A DNA stretch of 64,000 nucleotides. Source: Macrostomum lignano (lineage: Eukaryota). The translations under genes and the position numbers were made by a program. Positions within the stretch are counted from its first letter, which is position 1. The number at the start of each line of letters is the position of its first letter. Below the pieces are notes generated by a model. That model searched no databases, was not told the DNA's origin, and saw nothing but the letters and a program-made list of their open reading frames with translations. The stretch is taken from NCBI GenBank assembly GCA_002269645.1, contig NIVC01001275.1, positions 1 to 64,000 on the forward strand, written 5' to 3'. Positions 55,536-64,000 of this stretch are shown here, piece by piece.

Positions 55536-56694
55536 ATGAGCTAACTTTTACAGTGTATATATTTTTTATTCATTTAAGTAAAACAATTAGTTGAAACAAG
55601 TTATACTTCATATAGTCCCCAGGTAAAATTGTTTTTGTAGATCTTAATTAGAGTAAAAATTAAAACAAACTTCATCTACGCGTATTCAAATATTCAATAC
55701 CATCATTATAGAGTGACAGTTTGGCTCAGCAAAAGACTGGCGACCTTAATGCTTATATTTTTATTCTTAGTGTATGAAGTTACATTTCAAAGAAAGCGAT
55801 AAATTAAATATTATATTTTTATTTAATATAATATATTAATATAATATAAATTTATATAAAAAAGAGGTGTGTAAGGAAACTTTCTTTGCCCTAGTGTCTT
55901 TTCAACAGGACTTCGAAAGCATGTGCTTTTGAATTTCATATTCGTGCATAATTCCATAATTCCATATGCACGCTTAAGTGACTGATACAAAAAGTACAAA
56001 GAAATGTAAAATTATTTATCAAAAAGTATAATTCAATATAAGACAACGCTTTTTATTTTAAATTTTTTGTGTGCAATTGTAGCACAAAAGTTTTTACTTT
56101 GTTTATACACTTACTATTTAGAGGAAATCCGGAATGAAATAACTTAAATTTCGGAACTGAACGTACTGGAATATACGACGAGAGAGAGTTGAGAATAAAA
56201 AAATAGAAACCTTGTCCTTATGAAATCTAGCACTGCTTTTAGTTCATAAAACATTGGGTATTTTCTTTAGATTTAAGACTTAGGAGGTTAGGCCTACTGT
56301 ACTTATTTTACTTTATAATACTTAATTTTAGTAGTATTTTATATACAACTACAACACAAGTTTTTACTTATTAGGCCTATTGTTACATTATTGTTACATT
56401 TTTAACTTGTGTTGTAAATTGCTTGGATGACCTCTATCTTTATATCTGGCTAAAACTTTTGGATGGAAAAGCAAAGTCAAAGACTGTGCATTATATAATA
56501 TACATAATAGGCCTACGGCTACAGTCTTAGAAAAAATGCAAATTGATGTTTTTTCTGTGTTAATGTTGTTAGATTAATGCTTATTAATAACTATCAATAA
56601 ACTTTCATTCAACCTAATAAAATTAAGGGCTAAAAAGTTAGGTCCTAAAATTTTTGTTTCAGGCTTTTCTGAAAAGATACACTTTAGAGATTGG

Positions 56695-57223
56695 AAGTTC
56701 TCATTTTTTAGCACAAAAAATATTATTGCTTTTTATAAGAGGCACATGATCCAGTGTTTATCTTTTGATATTTTGTGCCTTTCCTATTGCTCTATCAATA
56801 TTCATAAAGCTTTTCATTCAAAGAATCAGGATTCTATGTTACTTTTTATTCTACTTATATTTGTATATATCTTATGCCTAAAAACAATTAAAATGGCATG
56901 GCTTAGCTTTTTGGTTTTATGAGTCTATTTTATTAATCTTAGCTAACTGTGTAGCAAATATTTCTAACAGAGATGATAAAAAAGATTCATAAAACCAAAC
57001 ATTAGAGCTGTGCCATGCATTTTTAGAATTGTTAGGTATAGGATATATAAAATAAAAATTAACATAGAATCCTAATTCTTTGAACAAAAAGCTTTATAAA
57101 TTTTGATAGAGCAATAAAAAAGACACAATATATCAAAAGATAAATATTGGATTTGCCTCACAGTCAATAGGCCCAAGGCCAAGGCAATAGGCCTAATAAT
57201 TTTTGTGCTATAAATGAAAACTT
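56695..57223. repeat. Imperfect ~530-bp palindrome (arms ~56695-56931 and ~56979-57223) in an AT-rich block
   Basis: For example ATCCAGTGTTTATCTTTTGATATTTTGTG...GGATTCTATGTTA versus TAACATAGAATCC...CACAATATATCAAAAGATAAATATTGGAT. Confidence 0.85.
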
Positions 57224-58643
57224 AGGCCTATTTCCATTGTGAAGGCCTATTTTTTAGATGAAATTATGGGATGAGAAAAAATATTATGGGATATCTTATG
57301 GGAAATAATGGAAAAGAATAAAATAAAACAGGTTTTCAAAATTTACTGTAACTCAAAATTCAAAAAGAGCATGTGTCATTGAAAATTAATGTGCCAGAGT
57401 GGCACTTAACCTTTAAATATTTTATGCCATTTATGAAATTTGGCACAAAAAACCCTGTATGTTTTCAAAAAATATTAGAAAATAATGTGAACAAAAAGTT
57501 TTATAATGACTTTTCCAAAATGCTAAAGTTGGTTATTTTTTACCTTTTATATTTTTACCTAAGTAGCATAGTTTTTAGTATATTAGAGATTGAAAAAATG
57601 CCATTTGCTATTTGCAATTTTGGACAAAAAACTCATGGATTCTTTGTTACTTGATTCATTTTAAAATGTTTGTTATTATATTTCAGTCATAATTTTCAGG
57701 GCTACAACATAGCATGGTTAAAAATGAAGATTTTAAAATATTTTTCTTTTCTGGCACCCTAATAATAATATATAACTTAGTCTCTCATATATTAGCTATT
57801 AAATAAATCTATTTGTATTATTGATAAATATTTTAGCAGCTTGTAGCACATTGTGAGTCTTAAATGAAAATGGTTGCCTTTTTATTTGATTGTGCCTATG
57901 GGCTAAATAGAGTAGCGCAGTATGTAAAAATAAAAGTGGTACCATAGACTAAAAGTCATTAGGCTAGTCACCACAATATTTTTAGTATTTACATAATTTT
58001 TAGCAATATAAGTATGTTGTTTTAAAATTGAGACATTCTTTAAATAGATAATATTAATAATTTGATTATACCTGTCCTAATGAGCAGATATGCAACTGAT
58101 ATTTCAACTATAGCTTTTTGTGTGGCTTATTTGATGGTTGCATAGGGCTATTTAATCTAAGAACTACGGATTGCCATATATACACAGCCTCAATTACTTT
58201 AGCTAATGCTAATACTTATGTTATAGCTGAGTGAACTGAAGCAATGCAGAGTTGTGTCTTGCTCAAGGATACAACTTGTTTTGAGTAGGTCAAGAATTCA
58301 AATAAAATCAACTTTTACTCCTCGATACTTATTATCAAGATTGACTTTAGAAACAGAATATACTGAAACTGATTAATATTATAGCATAATAAAGCACCAA
58401 GTAATCCAATTAGTTAAGAAATTTATATAGATGTAATTTGTATGAATATCATATAATCGATTTATTTTTACTGGCAATAAAAAGGCTCAAGCTATCAAGT
58501 ATAATAAGGAGCCTCATTTTGACAATTATATTTTGTGAAAAATGAATTTCACAAAGATACAAGTCGGTTAATAAAATCAATAACATGTTCACGATATTGC
58601 ATGACAAATAATTGACAAGGATAGATAGAAGTCTTCCATTACA

Positions 58644-59863
58644 ATGTCACCAAAGTCGTGGAATCCGTGGAAGGCGTTTGACATCAGCGAGAAGGAGCGC
58701 CAGCTGATTGACAAGAGGCGCCAGATGCGCGAGTTCTGGGCCCAGGAGTACGTGCGCAAGTCCACCTCGCCGCACAGGCCAAACTACAGGCTGGTGTTCG
58801 ACCCGGCTGTGCAGCGGGCCATCGCTGCCAACGCCACCATGGAGAACTTTTTCCGGCCAAACCGAAAGTCAACATTAGCGTTCCTTGGCTCGATTCTCTT
58901 CCCTGTGTGCTACGCCCTGAGCTATGACTACTTTTATCGGGTGAGTTTTCTTGGCTTACTTCGATATCTTTTGAAATTTGAGTGTTTTATGGTATGAAGA
59001 AATGGCCAGTTCACGTGTGTGCTATGGCATGAGAAATGGCCAGTTCACATGTGTGCTATGGTATGAGAAATTGGTAGTTCACGTGTGTGCTATGGTATGA
59101 GAAATGGCCAGTTCACGTGTGCTATGGTATGAGAAATGGGCAGTTCACATGTGTGCTATGGTATGAGAAATGGCCAGTTCACATGTGTGCTATGGTATGA
59201 GAAATGGGCAGTTCACGTGTGTGCTATGGTATGAGAAATGGGCAGTTCACGTGTGTGCTATGGTATGAGAAATGGGCAGTTTACGTGTGTGCTGTGCTAT
59301 GGTACGAGTATGAGAAATGGGCAGTTTACGTGTGTGCTGTGCTATGGTATGAGAAATGGGCAGTTCACGTGTGTGCTATGGTATGAGAAATGGGCAGTTT
59401 ACGTGTGTGCTGTGCTATGGTACGAGTATGAGAAATGGGCATTTTACGTGTGTGCTGTGCTATGGTATGAGAAATGGGCAGTTCACGTGTGTGCTATGGT
59501 ATGAGAAATGGGCAGTTCACGTGTGTGCTATGGTATGAGAAATGGGCAGTTCACGTGTGTGCTATGGTATGAGAAATGGGCAGTTCACGTGTGTGCTATG
59601 GTATGAGAAATGGGCCAGTTCACATGTGTGCTATGGTATGAGAAATGGCCAGTTTACATGTGTGCTACGGTATGAGAAATGGCCAGTCACGTTGGATACC
59701 TTGATAATAAGCATCAATGAGTAAAATTTAATTTCAGTATGAGAAATGGCGAACTCCTGTGCTTCACTAATCTGTTTGCCTCAAATTGCAGCAACCATTT
59801 CTGAAAGCCCTGGCGAACGGAGAGGTGCCCTACAGAAATCGCAAAGGCAAGGAGCTCTACTGA
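58644..59863 (+). CDS. NDUFB4: NADH:ubiquinone oxidoreductase subunit B4 (B15); join(58644..58940,59792..59863), 122 aa
   Basis: FDISEKER...REFWAQEYVRKSTSPHR...FDPAVQRA...NFFRPNRKS followed by a TM and GEVPYRNR parallels NDUFB4 (YNISPETR...KREYLLQYNDPNR...NPALLRW...NFRPTPKN). Phase-0 GTGAGT..TTGCAG intron. Confidence 0.85.
58990..59690. repeat. ~34-bp minisatellite (GTATGAGAAATGGGCAGTTCACGTGTGTGCTATG) in the NDUFB4 intron
   Basis: About 19 copies. Confidence 0.93.
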
Positions 59864-60736
59864 GAAGCGGAGGAGATTCGAGGCACATCTTCTGTTTCCT
59901 AAACTAAATGCTTGCAAAGTTACAGTAAATATGCTATAATTAGTACTCAAAATAGGCAGTGTAAGACCTGTTAGTAGAAGTCTAGTTTGCTAATGTTAGA
60001 TATTAGTGTTCACCCCATATAGCCCTAACACAAATCTAATATTTATGCACAAAGTTCTAAGCACTTAAAATCCTCTTCATGCTACTTGACACCCGGGATT
60101 TAGTAGTGCTGACTGACGTTACTTAGTTTTTTATTTTGCTCGGCTTCTGTAGAAATAGAAAGTTAAAATAAAAAATATACACAACCTGATCTATTAGTAT
60201 CAGCAGAGCTCGAGCATTTCTGTAAGTGTGTTGGATTAACTTACAGATCCGAAGTGCGTCCTTCCAAATCAAGCGCAGTCTGGTGTGTTTTGCATTCTTA
60301 CTCTGGGCAAATTCGCAATCAATAAAAAGCTAAAAAGTTCTGCTTACGATCGTAGATGAAGGCCAGTGGCCACCGAAGTCTGCTGAAACGTGATTCAGAC
60401 ACGTGGTGGTCAGAAATCCAGGTGAACTGTGCCTTTCTTTCATCGTCAGAATCACAGTGCCATTTTCAGAATGCCAAAAATTGTAAGCCAGAATGCCATC
60501 TGGCAGGCATCATGCAGTCAAAAGGTTCAAAACCAAGGAAAACACTAACATCTACTCTACCTTTTTCTTTCTCAGCCTCTCTGGCGCACAAGTCTGCAGA
60601 TTTCGTGTTTACAGATTCTCGAATTCGAGCTTGACAACTGATGGAAGTCTTGAAATCCCTGGGGATATGAAATCGTTGCTCGTCTAACAAGTAGTAAGAA
60701 AATAAACGCCAACAATAACATATACAATTTTTCTTT

Positions 60737-60780
60737 TTAACCAACGCGTTTCGTCAATCATAAGACTTCGTCAGGGCCAA
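60737..60780 (-). ncRNA. Minimal type I hammerhead ribozyme (Penelope-like element / retrozyme type)
   Basis: Minus-strand RNA: UUGGCC CUGACGA A GUC-UUAUGAUU-GAC GAAA CGCG UU GGUUAA. Stem I UUGGCC/GGUUAA (6 bp), intact core CUGANGA and GAAA, 3-bp stem II, palindromic ACGCGU stem III, and a GUU cleavage triplet. Confidence 0.8.
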
Positions 60781-61604
60781 TTCAATTCAACTGAATGCAA
60801 TACACCAGTGAACACACTGTACAGTCCAAAGGCGGGTCAAAACAGTCCGGTAGAGTTCAATAAGCCTAAGTACAGAATGGAGGGAGAGACAGAAGACACG
60901 ACACTGCTCCCGGCAAGATGTTTCCCTGCAAGATTCGCATGAATTACCCGACTGTTAACTGGTCAGCGATCCTGTTTGAAACAAGGAGACGTACGATTTC
61001 GTCACGCAAACAGGATTCATACAAGATAACATTTTGCCTAACCGGAATGGGTCATGTTATCTGGTTTATTTACCAGAGCGAGTACTCTGAGCTCATGCTC
61101 CATGATCCACTCCATTGCCAGCTAACTGCACGGTCAGTTGGGTTTGTGCATTCTGATTTACGAAGCTTCATTAACATAGAATCTTAATTTTCTAAACAAA
61201 ACAAAGAACATCAATACTAGTAGGGCTGTAAGAATAGATAAGGGACATATCAAACAATGAACATTGGGTCTGCCTCCTATCAAAAACCGTTGTACGTCAA
61301 AGTCAATTTTAGTCAAAGCTTCTTTCGAACCAAGCCAGCCCATGGGGCATGGCTTCGAGCCATACAGTTCTAGAAACTGAATTAACAGTAGCTAGCCTGA
61401 CCAACTTATTCGATCTGCCAGTCCTAGCGAGTACTTTTTCACATTTCTAGTCGGACTTCTCGTTCTCACAGATCCGATGACAGCTACATGTAGGGGTCGT
61501 CTGGATTATGCGCTGTCATGAGTTCCGTACTGTACTGGCATTTTTCATCCGAAGTTCTTCATAGCCTTTAGTGTTCTTATATGAGGACCCTCTGGTTCGA
61601 TTGT

Positions 61605-61899
61605 CAGGGGCGTCGCCACCGGGGGACAAGGGGGACATCCCCCCCCCCCAACCCAACCTATTGTGACCCGTTGTGGAAATAAAAAAATTGCTTGCTTCAG
61701 GGCGACAAAATGCTTCAGGGTGTGGCTGCGGCGCCAAAATCAGTGACTGCAGCGCTAAAATGAGTGACTGCGGCGCCAAAATGAGTGACTGCGGCACTAA
61801 AATGAGTGCTGACAATACCGATTCTGAAAATAATGTACATGTACATGTAGAATTCTTGGCTTTATCCCCCCCAACGTAAAATCCATGGCGACGCCCCTG
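61605..61899. mobile_element. MITE-like element, 295 bp, 14-bp perfect terminal inverted repeats CAGGGGCGTCGCCA / TGGCGACGCCCCTG
   Basis: TIRs seen directly; internal 21-bp repeat (GCGGCGCCAAAATGAGTGACT) x3-4; no clear target-site duplication. Confidence 0.75.
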
Positions 61900-63125
61900 A
61901 TTCTAATGTTAGATTTAGTTTTAAGCCAGAATCGGCTGCTACATGCATAAAATTGCGACTATGCAACCAATATTTCGAGTCCGGATTACAGATGCGAGTA
62001 ACTATATACGTACTGTATATTTAATGCCGTCCGCTTGTAAAAACCAATAAACTTAACAAATACGTTCGTACAAGCAACACACGCTCCATTAGGTTGTGCG
62101 TTCCATACATGTAAAATTACTGCAACGAACCTATATAGACCCATGAACTCGCTTTGCAGGCTTCTATAAAGGTACAGCAGTCCCCGTTAAGCCGCTCAGA
62201 ACTTGCTCAGGCGAAAAATGTTCTTATTATAGCGCTCGTGATTGCGTCATGCTTGACTGCTTGCGAGTTTCTCCATTAGGACACGAAGCTGTAAAACTGA
62301 TTGATATGCTCTCCCATATTCCTCCGATCAGCAGGGCGTCGTCTGAACGCTTTTTCTGAGGCCGTACAATGCCTTTCACATTTATTTAGCTATATATAGT
62401 CACGAACAACAAAACAGCCATGAAAAGGTCGGGCTTCACACGATGTTAAGAATTTTTTCTCAAAGATTTCCATTGCCTGCATGTACCAGCGTATATGCAA
62501 ATATTAATTACGGATGAAACAATTAAAATATTGTTTGCAATTGGGAAAGATGATGTAAGGAGCTATTACAACAATAGGTTAGCAGACTGTCACAGCTGCT
62601 ATTGACAATGTCGGCTAAAATGTATTCGACACACACACGCAGCGCAGGGACTGTTGAAACAAATACACTACGGTATTGAATGCTTTAAAAAATAGAATGA
62701 TGGCTGATTCACTCTCAGGCATCGGGTTGGATGACAGCTCACGCGCGCGAAAAAAGCTGACTAACAAAAATTCGACTGCGCGGCGAGTATTTTGCTGAAA
62801 AGACACAGCTGCCACGTGGGTGGCACGTGACTGTACAACTGGTGACTTTGACTCGTATCCATAGCGACAGGGGTTAGCAGTGTGACACAGGACGCACAAT
62901 ACGAGAGTACGATCGACAACAAATACATGTGCGCTGGGTTACGAGCATCAGTTTTGCTCAATTTCGAGCATTGCAAGCTCCAGCTGGCTAATAGAGGCTC
63001 AACTGCAGGCTCTTGATGACAACCTCCGGATTGAAGCGTGAACAATTATAGAGCTCGAAAAACTGCAGTTCGGAGACAAGTCTCACGGTCTAGTGAGCTC
63101 AGATTCTTTGCTATTCGGCGTCATT

Positions 63126-64000
63126 TCACAGGTGACTGACCATCACAGTAGTGCCCAGCAAGTCGTCAAGTTCCTCGCGCGGTCCAAACGCCTCGTCGCT
63201 GCGGCAGAGGCTCCGCGAGCTGCTGCCTACGGACACTGTCGAGCCCTGCGACTTGTTCCGCGGCTGCCGCTCGGCCAGCATGTTGTGCACCACCGAGTTG
63301 GCCACGTGCTGGCTGAAGGCTACGCAGGAGTTGCGCCGCTCGGCAGAGGGGCTGCCGTTGGACGGGATGCCGTAGATTATGCGTGGCGCTGACTGACAGC
63401 AGCCGGCAGGCCCTGGTGAGAGCTGCGACGTTGGCCCAGGCGTCGTCGCAGGCAGCTGCGGCAGCGGAACGGAGATTGTGTCGGTAGCGTTGGCTGAGTT
63501 GGCGGATGGTCGCCGCAGAGGATTATTTCTCCAGCGCAGGTGCGAACGGAAATGTTTGTTAAGCGCGGCGTAAATGAAAAAGTTGGCGTTGATGCAGAGC
63601 AGGTAGATCAGCTCGCACACCGGGTGCAGACGCCTGTACAGTGGACAGCAGGTCCAGAGCATGGAGCTGCCACAGGGACAGCGGCGGTACAGCAGAGCAA
63701 AAACGTCCTTGAACAGCAGAGAGCGGGGCACCTGGCCGCAGAGGAACACAAATATGACGACAATTAGCAGAACCGTCAGTCGCCTCTGGGCTCTGATGCG
63801 TTTCAGAGAGGCCTGCAACACCTTGGAGGCCCGCTTCGCCGACAGGTACCGACTACTGCTGCCGTCTCGAGCGCGCCTGCTGTGGCAGAGCACCAGCACC
63901 AGCAGCAGCGTGTTGTTGACGGCCAGCAGCAGCAGCGGCAGCAGGGTGGAGGCCCCGAGTCTGGCTAGCGAGTAGGCAGAATAGACGCTGGACCTGCCAA
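63126..64000 (-). CDS. Rhodopsin-class peptide-type GPCR (FMRFamide/myosuppressin-receptor-like), TM5-TM7 and C-tail; 5' part lies beyond the window
   Basis: TM5 STLLPLLLLAVNNTLL, basic ICL3, TM6 RRLTVLLIVVIFVFLCGQVP, TM7 CELIYLLCINANFFIY, helix 8 NKHFRSHL. The frame is open from 63998 to the stop at 63126. Confidence 0.88.
   Translation of the reverse strand, partial: GRSSVYSAYSLARLGASTLLPLLLLAVNNTLLLVLVLCHSRRARDGSSSRYLSAKRASKVLQASLKRIRAQRRLTVLLIVVIFVFLCGQVPRSLLFKDVFALLYRRCPCGSSMLWTCCPLYRRLHPVCELIYLLCINANFFIYAALNKHFRSHLRWRNNPLRRPSANSANATDTISVPLPQLPATTPGPTSQLSPGPAGCCQSAPRIIYGIPSNGSPSAERRNSCVAFSQHVANSVVHNMLAERQPRNKSQGSTVSVGSSSRSLCRSDEAFGPREELDDLLGTTVMVSHL

Overview
Eukaryotic (animal) genomic DNA, very rich in mini- and microsatellites, with GC-rich compact exons. 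The style resembles a free-living flatworm such as Macrostomum; this is an inference from composition and gene set, not a database result. I reconstructed nine protein genes by hand from splice signals and reading phase. These are: the 3' part of a TRIM9/67-type FN3-SPRY gene (frameshifted); two DEG/ENaC channels (one frameshifted, one intact); a mucin + 2x fibronectin type II type I membrane protein; an intronless secreted Frizzled-CRD protein with about 28 Gly-Ser-Gly-Ser-Ala-Asp-Arg-Asp repeats; a Lys/Asp-repeat type I membrane protein; a calmodulin/myosin-light-chain-like gene; NDUFB4; and the 3' half of a peptide-type GPCR. Most introns are filled by their own tandem repeat. Mobile DNA includes a 5'-truncated LINE, a MITE, a foldback-like inverted satellite structure, a duplicated composite unit with interstitial TTAGGG, and an AT-rich 530-bp palindrome. 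The most notable non-coding signal is a complete minimal type I hammerhead ribozyme of the Penelope/retrozyme type at 60737-60780 (minus strand), plus a probable decayed second copy. No CRISPR array, tRNA or rRNA was found. Most long ORFs in the supplied track are artefacts of tandem repeats. Repeat boundaries and copy numbers are approximate, read by eye.
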